From Amoebophrya sp. A120 (lineage: Eukaryota > Protista > Dinoflagellata): 64,000 bases of DNA. Within the stretch, counting starts at the first letter, position 1. Every line of letters begins with the position of its first letter. The notes beneath the pieces were generated by a model. The model was given only the letters and a program-made list of their open reading frames with translations, ran no database searches and was not told the origin of the DNA. Shown piece after piece: positions 34,938 through 46,749 of the stretch. The position numbers and the translations under genes were made by a program. The stretch spans positions 2,867,783-2,931,782 of the forward strand of contig CAJINV010000011.1 of the NCBI GenBank assembly GCA_905178155.1, given 5' to 3'.

Positions 34938-35951
34938 CTAAATGTGCCTGCCGGATGCAGTAGATGTGGCCGCGCCTTGGTTCATCTGTTTTTCCCTTTT
35001 TTCTTTCATTTCTTGCTGCTTTTTGAAGTAAAAGTCTGCGTATTGGCTGATTTTTTCCTGGTCGCCATTCGCATGGTTCACTTCCACCTCCACCGACGTT
35101 TTCCCGACTTTCTCCACCGTCGTCAGCGTCGTGCCCCCTCCCGATGAGAAGCCACTTGTTCCACCCGGTGGTCCACCTCCCTGTGCCGCCCTACTACTGC
35201 TAGTACTTGCGGTGGGCAAGTTGCTTGGCCCGCCGAGCGGCTTTCCCTGCCGTGGCTGTTGCGAGGATGCTGTCCCAGGAGAAAAAGTTGACGTCATTCC
35301 GCCGCCACTGGCGGATGGTGGTCCGGGAAGAGCGCCTCCTGGTCGTCCTGTACCTGTTCCTCGATAATTGCTGTCGTTCGTGAGCATCTTGAGCCGGCTG
35401 CGCGCAGCCGCCGCCTCGAGGACTTTGACCGGTAGCTTTTGCAACCGTAAATAGTTTCGAAATTCCGAGACCAGACTGTACACTAGGTACAACAGCAATA
35501 ACGATTGCACCCAGGAGAATTGCCGGCCGCTACCCCGGTAAAACTCCCGCTCCAAGTGCCTCTGCCGCTGCACAAACTCCTTGGCCCACTCCGTGCCGCG
35601 CGTTATCGCGTTGCCCCCGTTAGTGCTTTTGTTTCCGAACACCACGCTCTTCACGATGGTCCACAACTGTTTCAACGGCCCACCCTCGCCCGTCGCGTTC
35701 GTCTGCGACTGCAGCCAGCTGTTCACGGTGACAAAAACGAGCGCGGTGCCCTGGATGACCGCGGCGCACTCCATCAGAAACCGCACCATCGCCCGCGTGC
35801 TGAACTGGGGGACCGGCGGCTTTGGGTTTCCGTTGGCATCCAACGGTACCTGCCCGTTCATCGGACCTTGCCCGCCGGGGTGCTGCATCATGTTCATGCC
35901 GCCCCGGTAGCCCCCATAACCACCGCCGTACATCATACCGCCACCGTACAT
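34938..35951 (-). CDS. Membrane protein, possibly peroxin-13-like (no SH3 seen)
   Basis: YG/M-rich N-terminus MYGGGMMYGGGYGGY, a STRA-initiated amphipathic helix and TM FSWVQSLLLLYLVYSLV resemble the PEX13 N-terminal architecture. Family call is tentative. Confidence 0.5.
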   Translation of the reverse strand: MYGGGMMYGGGYGGYRGGMNMMQHPGGQGPMNGQVPLDANGNPKPPVPQFSTRAMVRFLMECAAVIQGTALVFVTVNSWLQSQTNATGEGGPLKQLWTIVKSVVFGNKSTNGGNAITRGTEWAKEFVQRQRHLEREFYRGSGRQFSWVQSLLLLYLVYSLVSEFRNYLRLQKLPVKVLEAAAARSRLKMLTNDSNYRGTGTGRPGGALPGPPSASGGGMTSTFSPGTASSQQPRQGKPLGGPSNLPTASTSSSRAAQGGGPPGGTSGFSSGGGTTLTTVEKVGKTSVEVEVNHANGDQEKISQYADFYFKKQQEMKEKREKQMNQGAATSTASGRHI

Positions 35952-36469
35952 CGTGTTATTTCTTTTTGGTTTACTTTCTACTCACATGTTGGTGCGAGAA
36001 GGCGAAGGAATGCAAGTAGTGCAGCACATGAAGACCTACTCAAAAAAAATGAGAAGAACGTCAGATCGTAAATTCCAAGCTCTGTATTTCTTTTTGCAGA
36101 TGCAAAGGCAGGCATGATATCGACTTCTAGTTCTACTTAATACTTTTCAAAACGGAAGAAGATCCAAAAAAGAAAAAATTACCCAAAATATTGAAACTGG
36201 AACGGCATGCCGGTACGCCAGAAGTGCAAGACCATAGGTAGAGGTCATGGGATGCGAGAACAAACTTCTTCAATAACGAACCTGTGCGGGTGATCTTGAA
36301 CCTTGCGTGCCAAAAACAGTCGCCAACGCTGGCGCAGATTCGCTGCGGAAACCACATCTTCCAACGCACGAACCGCAATCGCACGCTGTTGGTACAACTT
36401 AAGTTACACCTACGACGCCCAGGTGTTTCCTCCAGCCGAAATACTTGGGCAGAACTATGATAAAACTTT

Positions 36470-38100
36470 TGCTTGCGGGCCGCGCGCCACACGCTGGCGC
36501 CCTTCTTTTGGTTGCCCCATGCCCTGTCGCTGTCCCCCTGCGCTTCCCGTTGCCCGGATGGCGCGCTAGGTAAGAGGCTGCGCCCCCGGCGCGTTGCTGG
36601 GCGCGGCCCTTTCCAACATCAAGAAAAAAACACAGCGAGGGCGAAAGGGCGCGCGAAGTTCCGTCGCCATTTGTTGCTGTAGTAGGGGACTGCGCGGCGC
36701 GTTAAAGCAGTGGGCCCACTTGGGGCGTGGCATAGGCAGAAGGAAAAACGCTGCCAGATTGTAACGCGGCACGCATGCCGCGCCGGCGGCACTACGACGC
36801 CCCGTGTGTCACATGCCCCCAACTTCGCGGCGCCGCGAGCTGCTTCCGCTTCGGAGGCGGCGCTAGGAAAGATGCGGCCAGATACCCAGGCGGCACGCGC
36901 GCAGCGCCGGTGGTACTGCGACCCCCCATGTGTCACATGCGCCGCGCCGCCTTCCAACTTCGCGGCGCCGCGAATTTGGTGCCCAGAATACCATGCGGCA
37001 CGCGCGCAGCCCCGGGGGCATGGCAGCACACAAATGGCCAAAATTGGCCTTCTTTGTCTCTTTTGGACCCGGCCGACTGGCCGAATCCCGACGGTATGGC
37101 CCAACTTCCCGCGCCAAAGTCTGAGGTCCGGCCGCCTCGCCAAAGTCAGACGCAAGACTTTCAAAAGACTTCGAAAAGACTTTGAAAAGACTTTGGAAAA
37201 GACTTCGAAAAGACTTTGAAAAGACTTTGAAAAGCGTTCCCGTTTTTGCATGGCCAAAATTGGCCATACCATCGGGCGAAGCTTTCAAAAAGCGCGCACT
37301 TCTGGGCGCTTTTCCCAAAGTCTTTCCAAAGTTTTTTCAAAGTCTTTTCAAAGTCTTTTGAGCAGGAAAACTCGCGACTTTTCTGGCCGCAGGCAGAATC
37401 GGGCCAGGGAATTGACTGTGTTTTTAACACGTTCCCCGAGCGGATTCGGGCACTTTGGCCGTCCCGAACACCGCGCCATTTGGGCGAACCAACTCCCACC
37501 GTGCCCCCGGTGCGAGGCGCGTGCCGCATGGTATTCTCTACGCAATTTTTCCGTTTCATTCATACACGGCTTCCAAACGCAGCCGCTTACAAACGGATCC
37601 CGCGATGCCGGTCGCCCATAATGGGCGGCCGGACCCGGGGCCGGCCCCGTTTCGCGCCGTAACTGTGGCGCTTGATATTGCGAAAAGCCGCCAAGCGTAG
37701 CTGCAACAAATTTCGCCAGACCACTGCCGCAGCCGTGCCATTTTTTTCGCCGAGTTACTACCGGGCGACGCCTTTCTTTTTTTGGAAGGGGACAGGGGGA
37801 CTTTGCATGAAGTGCTCCCCACCAAATGTGTGCGATTTCTGTCGCGCCCATGAAGCGCAGAGCAGTCCTTTTGCTATGAGGCCAAAGAGCAAAAAAAGAA
37901 AACCCAGACGCAGCCTCCTCCTGCTGCTTTTTTTTTGGGTCTGCGCGTCGTTTCCGACTTTTTTTTTCCTGCCACATACTGCCAAGAGGCGATTTTTTTT
38001 TTCCAAGCCGGCGGGCAACTTTCTGCATTTTTTTTTCATGTGGGCGACCAAGAAAGTTTGAAATTTTCAAAGTTTTTTGAAAGTCCTTTAAAAGTATTGC
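36470..38100. repeat. GC-rich foldback-like repeat with inverted 11-bp minisatellite arrays (outer boundaries approximate)
   Basis: About 7 copies of aaagactt(t/c)ga at 37154-37234 face inverted tcaaagtcttt copies at ~37310-37360. Central palindrome atggccaaaattggccat; outer inverted repeat agaataccatgcggcacgcgc / gcgcgtgccgcatggtattct. Confidence 0.7.
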
Positions 38101-38428
38101 GACGCCTGAATTTCACCCGCCGTCGTAGGGGTAATTAAGTATCACTTAGAAAACTCCGCGTGTGTTTCTGTCTCGCACTTGAAGAGATATGTTTTCCCTA
38201 AATTGCTCGAGAGTTTTTCCTTCGTGATGGAGGCGAGCCGCCATACTCACTGTTGACAGGGTGCATTTTTTCGTTCTGTGAGTTTCGCAAACAACAGAAA
38301 TAAAAGTTTTATTTGAATAGTGCTTTACTGAAACGTGTCGTGAAACCTACCTTTTTCAAGTATTCAGAAAAATGAATAAACAACATAAGAAGTCGTTTAC
38401 TAACACATCAAGAAAGACCCTGCCCACC

Positions 38429-41400
38429 TCACATGGGTGTGATTTTGTACATTCTGGATTTCCGCAGGCAGTTGTAGATGTCGTACTTTACACCAGGGTA
38501 GAAAACGTTTTCTTTACAAAACTGCACCACCGTGGCCCGGCACTCGGGATCGTGTACGATTTGTTCCAGGTCGTGCATCGCAAACACCCCGTGAGCCAGC
38601 ACCTGGAGAACTGCAGACTGGCACTGCTCCGCTAAGGACATTTGATGATCCTCTTCGTTGCGATCTATTTCTTGCAATTGCTGATCTGCAGCTGCGTTCG
38701 TCTCCCGCCCGTCTTCCTCTGCCTCTTCAGCAGTTCGATTCCTCTCGCCGTCGTTCCCCATGATCCCGTTCCCGTCCTCGATCGCGGCGCTATTGTTCAG
38801 CAATGACAAAGAGGAGGATCGTCCTCGTTGTTCTTTTTCCTGGTCAGTGGTCGCGTTTGCTGCACCCAAGAAAGGATTAGAACCAGATGAAGTAGTAGCT
38901 CCCGTCCTGAATGAGGAGGACAGCCGGGACATAGCGGTTGCGAAAGTTGCAGATGAATCCACACCAGACGGACCACTAGTCCTATTCCCGCTTGTCCCGT
39001 CGTCATCGTGATTGTAAAGAAAAACCGATGGAGCTGCCGCGTGCGAGAAGTTGCCTACTGGCAGGCCAGGAGTACCAACTACTCTGGTGCTCGGTCCTGT
39101 AGCACCACTTTTTTGTTCTGCGTCCACCTCTGCGTCGGCTGATCCCCCTGACGACGTCGGTAGATCTGTACCAAGTAGACCACTGCTTGACGAATGCATG
39201 GTGCTGCGTCGCGAAGACATGGCAGACAATAGGGGGCCGGTGATGTTCAGGATGGTTTCGTTCAAGAGCCGGTCCAGCAGTTTCTCGTCCTCATCCCTTG
39301 TTCCTTCGCGCTGTTCATCTGAGAAGCTTGTAATAGTAGCATCATCACTCCCGTCGAAAGTTGCTGTATCAGCATCAGTCATCGAGCGCGACAACGCGGT
39401 ACTAGTGCTTGCTCCATCGAGAGCAGCCACCACGTCCTGGGAGGGAACGAACGACGGCTGGTGCCCTTCGCTTGCGCCTCGCTTAGTTTTTTCGTTACTT
39501 TCATTTGCTACCGTGAAATTCCTGCGATGCGTGAAACTCAATAAAAACCGTGGCTCGAGAAAGCTGAATCTTCTAGCCGTTGATGCGGCGGGAATGTAGT
39601 TTTTGAAAGCAACACTTCTTTTCTGGTCGTTTTCGCCGTTTGTTTCTTCTGTATGTCTATGTTTCTTATGCGACGGAGAGGCGGTACTTCTAAACAGCTG
39701 CGCTGTTCCTGCCTCTGGTAGTTCCTTGTGCTTCTCGTCCCATGAAGGTGGAATTATAGGAGATGGTATTGTTGTTTGTTCAAAATCGTATCCAATCGCC
39801 ATCCCCGTGAAAGCCAGCGTGAGTGCAAGAACGACGGTCACCATCAAAACTCCCCCGATGAGCACAGCAAAGCACGGCCCAACACCGCCTGAGGAGCCCC
39901 ACACAGCTTGACCTAGCAAGTAGCACCACTTCCGACAGTCGTGAAAACACGCATGCGAATGCTTGGTGCCAACATCTGTAGTTTTCTTGTAGCTGTTCTT
40001 GCAGCCTGCTCTCGTCCAAACAGATCCGGATTGTTCGCTTCCCCCGTCGCTGGCATGGAGCATATAAAAGTCTCTTCCGCATTTTTGTGTTGTCGTCAAC
40101 AGATCAGCCTTCCGTAACCGCCGCGCCTGCGGGGCTGTGCCTGTGGAGTTGCGCGTCCAGGTGCTGGGAGGTGTGGTGGGGAGAACGAAGCCTTCATCTC
40201 ACCGGCACAGCCATCGGCTGTGCCGGCGTCTGTGCAACAGCAAGTCGCTTAGTAATAGTCAGCCCATCGGGCGCCCCCCTGCCATCGGCGAGGGGGGTAT
40301 GCGGGCGCGGGGTGCCCCTTGTTCGTGGGTGTTTGTCAGCGTTAGCGTGATGCTGTGCGTGTACAGTGTGTTACTCTGGCCCCGGCCAGTGACAACGTCA
40401 CTGACCTCGCGGGCATCGCCCTAAATGGATACCAGTAGCCTTGGCCTTCGGTGGGGCTCTTCAGTAGGGGATTCCTGTCAAAGTGAAGCGCGGCGCCCCT
40501 GCTCGCGCGGCTTCATCAATGACAGGCGAGCGGCCCGCGTCCGTTTGGACGTCTGGTGGTGGTGCTACATTGCGCCTTACGATGCTAAGCGCAAAAGCAC
40601 GAACCGCCCGCGACACACAGAGCGGCAGGCCACAGCTGTAATCAGCTGTGCTGTTGACCGTTGCGTGTTGCCGAATAAAGCGGCGCCAGCCATAGGCTAA
40701 GCTGCCGCCGGACGTATGCCTTTTTCGGCGTGAAGAGGCGCAGGCACTGCATCGCAGCGGCTGCACCTCTCCACTCCCCGAGCAGTGGGACTCGCGAGAA
40801 CCGCGAGCCGTCATCGACTTCTTCAAACCACCACCCGAAGATAGCCTGAAAAACAGCTGAAGCACGCGAACTCTTTGCACTGTAAGAGCCGCGCATCGGC
40901 CATCTTCCCACCAAGACATCCTCCCCGGTCAGAAGGATATCCCAGCGCCCGGCTGAGCCGGGCTACATGCACGCGGCAGTGTGCACGCCGTCTACTATGT
41001 CCTGCTCATGGCTTGAGCAGTTCAATGGCGACGGAACCGCCGGAGCTCTTTCCTTGTCGTACATCGCAATGATCCACGCTAAGGATCGGCGATGCCGGAA
41101 ACGACAAGGCGGAACTGCGAAGCAGAACCAGAGCGAAGGCCTGAAGCGTACAAGTACGCCTCGCTTTCTCATCGAGACACTCCTCCGTAAACTATCCACT
41201 CTCCGAGAACCGAAGAGCTGAAAAAACGCCGAGTCCAGGCAAGCCCGGACGAAGCGGAGATTCTAGATAGAGGACAGAGAACCAGCGGAAGCTGGTCGAC
41301 ATCGGGCAGCCAGCCCGACGTCGGAGTGTGCAACCCTCTTGCTTGATCATGTAAATTGATATAACTGCTACGCACGACATAAAAGTCTCTTCCGCATTTT

Positions 41401-42120
41401 TGTGTTGTCGTCAACAGATCAGCCTTCGTCGGTTGTTTTTCATGATGAGATTTTGATGTAGTTGTTCCTTGCTGCTCGGCTAGGCCAAAGGCTATATCCT
41501 CCTCGTCGCCGTCTGCATCTTCCGTGGTATGCTCGGTCGTGGTTATCAAAAGGAAAGATCCCATCTCCCCACATCGAAATGGAAATCTGCGACGCGGGAT
41601 TTGTGTACAGGCACACAAATCGGCTTTGTCTTGCAGTAGAAGACTGCAGGCAGATACAAAGCCGGAGTAGGGGCGTTTCGGTGTAGGCGCCTAGCACGGC
41701 AGGCATATCCTTCGTAGGCCATACAGCACGACAAACTGCCTGCAGAACGCGGCGAGGTAGAGGTTTTTGGATTTGCATTTGCCTTACAGAGACGATTTGG
41801 GGTCTCAAATCAGCATCAGATTTGCATTCTTGCAATACAGAGACGATTTGGGGTCTCAAATCAGCATCACAAATTTTCAGAAGTATCCCGTTTTGGTATG
41901 GAAAGGGGGGATTTTTCCTCGCAATAGTGGTGGTGGTTTCCTTTGTCTTCGTCACCCGAGCAAACGACACCAATTTCAGCCGCGAGCCCCACTGCACCGT
42001 GGCCGTTGAGGAATTTGTTCTACCGGTCGCGTCTTCGCGCTCGTGGTCGCTGTTCGAGTTAGTATTACCAACGCCGCTGTTCTCTTCGTCATCACTGTCT
42101 GCACCACCCACGGCCTCCAT
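38429..42120 (-). CDS. Hypothetical single-pass membrane protein interrupted by an introner and a 1.27-kb insert
   Basis: MEAVGGADSDDEE...KETTT-TTEHTTED...KADLLTTTQKCGRDFY-MLHASDGG... is in frame after both removals; TM FAVLIGGVLMVTVVLALTLAF. Confidence 0.65.
40113..41378. mobile_element. Insert Z (1266 bp) flanked by a perfect 49-bp target duplication
   Basis: ataaaagtctcttccgcatttttgtgttgtcgtcaacagatcagccttc at 40064-40112 and at 41379-41427. Confidence 0.85.
41544..41926. mobile_element. Introner element, family E, with an internal tandem duplication
   Basis: tatcaaaaggaaagatcc...ggatttttcctcgcaata; TSD gtggt x2; tacagagacgatttggggtctcaaatcagcatca occurs twice; similar to 21673-21980. 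Confidence 0.9.
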
Positions 42121-43588
42121 CTGGTACTAGTTTCTTCAAGGGTTTTTGTTCTCTCGATTTCATCGGTCTGACAAAGAGTACTAAATTGGAAAGCAGCACG
42201 AAGAATCGAGTAAACCTTGAACGACGGTGGGGATGAAAGTAGTGGTGAAATTCACCGTTTAAAAAATCAGCAGTAGAGTGCAGCTTCAGTTCCACATCTC
42301 TGAAGAACCTCTCATCTCTCCTTGCGCTTCACTAATGCGTTCCTCTTGCAGTTCCTTCGCTCTTACTCGTCCATGATACCGTCAGCTCGCAATTGTGAAA
42401 AACAAGAAACATGATCAGATTCAGAACCAACTACGAGAACAGTCGCAATATTCTGCTCGAAAAAAGGTTAAGTACTTACACCACGTACCGCCGGATGAAT
42501 CGCGACGGCAAGGCATTGAGAAGATTAGGTTTTCTTGTATTTGTTTTGACATAAGAACTTAATAAACTTGATGCTCAACTACGATCATCTCGTTCCTCAC
42601 ACGTTAAACAGCTAGTTGACGCATCAAAATAGTGCGCGAGCGTCTTGCGTATAAAAATGCTTTCGCTCATGAAATCGTAGGCAAATGCCAAAAAGCTTTG
42701 CTTATGTCGGAAACTATACCATAATCCAACAAAATCAGACGGAAGCAGTACTACACAGGCAGGACACACATGTGCCGTCCAAGTTGTTGCCTACGATGGA
42801 TCATGATGTTGAAGATGATCAAGTACGTACGTAGCAGAAAAAAAATCCGCGGCTCCAAGGATGCTGGAAGTCTTATTCTCCATGGTATGGTCGGTCGGAA
42901 TCCGAAAATGAAAATGACCGGTGCGTCGTCATTGTACTTCGTAACCACAATCTCTCCAGATGACCTACAATCTCTCCAGAGAGACCTAAAAACAAACGAA
43001 GCAAATGAACGCTAGGCTATAATGGTGAATCTTCTTCCGTTAATACCATGCATGGAAAGGGAAAATAAATGCTGCGCGTCGACAAGACAAGTACACACTT
43101 AAACGCTCTTCCGATAGGAAACTTATCACAATTCTAGACAAAACCGATTATGCTGGTCAATATCAAAAGCGTTACTACAATCCATCTGGAGAGTCGTGTA
43201 ACTAGATTGCTTTTTATATTTGATGAATCGTTCAACTTATTTCGTAAAAGTCAAGCAAGATCTATACTAAACTACTTTGTTACAACTACAATAACGACTG
43301 GAGAGCGAAAAAAACCTCCCCCGTCATCTCCGATTCGTCGTTATACGGAAAATATTTCCCATGAAGACAGGAACGGAAGCTAAACTAGGAATAGAAGTAG
43401 TACCGAAGCCGGTACTTTGATTTTCTTGCATGCGCAAGTGTACTGTGTAGTGAAAGTGAAAAGAAGATTTTCTACTCAAGAAATCTGCTTCTACTGTAGC
43501 AAAACATGTCTTGTTCTTTCTCTATCCAGCGCCTCAGGAAGATGATTGAAGTAATCATTGACTGATTCGTCACCCCTATGTATAATAA

Positions 43589-45627
43589 TCACGCCATGAC
43601 CTGCTGCGGTGGACCACCAGCTGGCGCGGCCTTCATGTTTTTCATCCGCAGCTCTGCCTCGCGGTGAATGCTATTTTTCTGCCGATCTTCGAAACTAGGA
43701 CGCATGTTTTCCTCCTGCGCTCGGAGTCGCTTGATTTCCTGGGCTTTATCCCTGTCGAACCGAAGCTCCCACGGGTACAGGCAGGGGCAAAAACACGATT
43801 TTTCGTTCCACGCCCAGCGGTATGGTCCGTGGTACAGGCGCTCGCGGTCCCGCTCCCCCGGGGAACTACTACTACCTCTCATCTTCAGCGAGTCGTTCCG
43901 CAATACCATCTTCTCCGGCTCTGTCACGGGAAGAAACCAACAGAAACAGGCCATGCCGAGCGTGAAGGGCTCTTCACACCCGTGCTCGCGGTACACGCAA
44001 CAGGGCTGGCACACCCACCACACCAGCGGGTGCGGCGGCTGCACCAGGTCCACATTCGGCTGGCGCCAGGTCATTTTCTTATTCGTGTTCGTCTCCGGCG
44101 TTGAGGATCCACCGACTAGTGCTTCTATGAGAGTGCACAACTCCCCCTCCCCCTCATATCTCATTGTCATGCAAAAATCCAAATCCACATTTTGCCTGTA
44201 AGCGCAGTCAGTTGCATGAGAAATTTTTGAACCACAAACAGCTTTACAATCCGTGTGTAGATTTGTCTTGCGCAGGCTCCATTTGAGCTGGTGCCTGTAT
44301 TGCTGTTCATGTTGCCATACAAATGACGAGGGGGAGGGGGAGTTCTTGTGCACTCGCATAGCTCCAACCGGCGTCCACCCAGAACTCCTATCACTAGAAC
44401 AAACGCGACCTCCTGCTGTCGTGCCCTGTCCCAGGCCCTCACGCAGCCTCTGCCGTTCCTCGTCCTCCGCCGCGACGGGCACCACCGTGGTCGTCGGGCC
44501 TTCCGGATTGAAGCTCACGTGCCGCGGCCCGACCAAAAGCTCGCGCGAGTTGCTGCGGCTCTCGGAAACGAGGATCGGGGATGATGGAGGACGAGGACCG
44601 CGGCCATTTGGCGGAATATTTTTAAAGTGGTCGAAAACTTCTACGTTATGCAACTCGCCGTGGAGGGTCTCGAAGGTCATCGTCGCTGCCGCTGTATCCG
44701 CAACGGGGGAAAAGCCGGAAGTCCCGTGCGTGGCGGAGTTGTACGAAGACGCCACTTCTTCGCCGTGGTCTTCCGGTGGCTCCGGCCGCGTGCTATCGTT
44801 GTCGGCTATTATTTCTTGTTGTGCCTCTAGTTGCAAAAGCTCATCTCTTGATGAGGTTCGTCCCGGGCCGCGAGAGGACGCTCGGCCGCCAACTTGATGC
44901 TGATCAAAGACTTCTTGTTCGTCCTCTTCCAGTATGGTATTGACTACCGCCCTATCAAATGTAAAAATGTCTGGGTCTGGAAGAATGCAAGATTTGTCAT
45001 GCATATTTCTCATGACCCATGGTGCCTGTAATGCATGCCCTAGCATCACAGGTTTTTTGAGGGAGTCTTGATGCCCATTCCGCATGACAAATGCCCTCTC
45101 CGTGTAGCAAAAATTAGACTCTGTTTGCTGCTCATGCAACACAAATTTTTTAGGCATCGAAACGCAGCATCACAAGTTGCGTTCTTCCAGACCCAGACAT
45201 TTTTACAGTTGATACGCCCCGGGCAGTGCGATCCCCGCCAAACTCAAGCGGAGATATCCTGTGCAAAACTATCGCACTCGTAGTAATCACAGTTATGCAT
45301 GACAAATCGCCTTCCTAAGCTAAAACAGCATGACAAATTCCATTTGTTATGCTAAGGAATTTTGTAATGCAGTTTATACTAGTACGATACTTTTGCATTT
45401 CATAGGAGACTCCGTGCGGCAACATCCTGCTCTTGCTGTTCAGACCGCGAACGGTTGCTGCCACTGGAGTTGCTGCCTGTCGTCCCAGCGGGTTGGGATT
45501 GCGGCTGCACTGGAAGTCCGTGGTTTGCATGTTGTGGCGATACTGGTTGTTGGGCTTTAGAGGTGGAGGACGCCCGGGTACTAGTGGCACTAGTGGAGGT
45601 CTCCCCGGATCGCTCGCGCAGGACCAC
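43589..45627 (-). CDS. Hypothetical protein with Cys-rich C-terminus (PLAC8-like, tentative); 5' exons unresolved
   Basis: DVAARSL-RLSLAGIALPGA-VVNTILEE is in frame after removing two introners; C-terminus has WWVCQPCCVY and CFCPCLYPWE. Confidence 0.55.
44126..44360. mobile_element. Introner element, family C
   Basis: tatgagagtgcacaactccccctccccctc...gagggggagggggagttcttgtgcactcgcata; TSD gcttc/gctcc. Confidence 0.9.
44953..45214. mobile_element. Introner element, family B
   Basis: Near-perfect 33-bp TIR TATCAAaTGTAAAAATGTCTGGGTCTGGAAGAA; TSD cgccc x2. Confidence 0.92.
45255..45404. mobile_element. Introner element, family A
   Basis: tatcctgtgcaaaactatcg...cgatacttttgcatttcata; TSD ggaga x2. 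Confidence 0.92.
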
Positions 45628-46709
45628 CTGAACGAAGAGGTAGAAATCATTTCTTAGCGTAGTTTGTTCCCCAATATCATACAAAATCAGCAAAAGTCAT
45701 GCACAGCTCGTCATTCGGGTGTGCAACCAAGAGGTCACGTTCATCTTGCACCCGCAGGGCGCGGCAGGCGGGTTGTGGTCCACCTTACGGTCAAAGAAAC
45801 TACTGACGCGGCGCTGCGCCAGTGTAGTTAGTTACGAAGGAAGGTAAGAAAATGAAACTCACTCTTAGGATTATTACGAGGAACTAAAAAATCGATACTA
45901 AGGAAGAAATTTTTGGAATTTCTAGTACCCCATCTGCCTCCCGCGGGCCACGCAGCGGAGCTCCCCCGTCGGCGTCCTCTCCTTCCCCGGATCGTTTTTT
46001 TGGTTTGCGCGGAAACGGCTTCATTCAGCAAATAAGAATAACGCGCAAGGATGTTGCCATTGAGACAGACAGATTGAGGCCGACGTCATGGTTTTAGTTT
46101 TCATCGTCGTTCGACATGGAGGAGGAGGAGGAAACCACTACAGTCAGCTTCTAACTACTAAGCTATTCTCTCTTTTAAGCTAACCATAGGACATGTTTTC
46201 GCAGTTGACTAGCCAAGCAAAACCGCAGATCTGTAAACCACTAGGGCGATGTCTTCCTCGGTCCTTGCTCAAAGCCCAACTGCCGGTCTGTACTGCAAAC
46301 GCCCCCATGGTGTCGCAGGCCGCTTGATTGTAGTGGCTCGCTGGATCCGCGGCAGTAGTTGTGTCCGCTTGCTGTGCGTCTTCACTTGATGTCGTGATTT
46401 CCGATGGAGAGACAACGCAACATACTAGCTACTACACCGCGATGCGTGTCAAACCACTCAGATGGCTCGGGGCGCAAAGTTTGGAGTTGTAGCGCTGGCA
46501 CACAACAGGGTCGAGACCGAAGCCCGTTGCCAGAGTGCCCAGACACCACGCCTGTTCGTCGAGAAGAAGTGAGCCACTACTGTGTCGAATGGTTGTGAGG
46601 GCGAAGCAACAGAGTTACCTGTAGGCTGAAGCCCGCAGTGGAGGACTCCCAATCCCTCCACCGTCGAAATGAAGTAGTGCAGCATTATGATATTATAAAA
46701 ACGTCGCCC

Positions 46710-46749
46710 GCTCCGACGTAGTACAGAAAGCTCCGACGTAGTACAGAAA
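46710..46749. repeat. 20-bp perfect tandem duplication
   Basis: gctccgacgtagtacagaaa twice in tandem. Confidence 0.85.
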
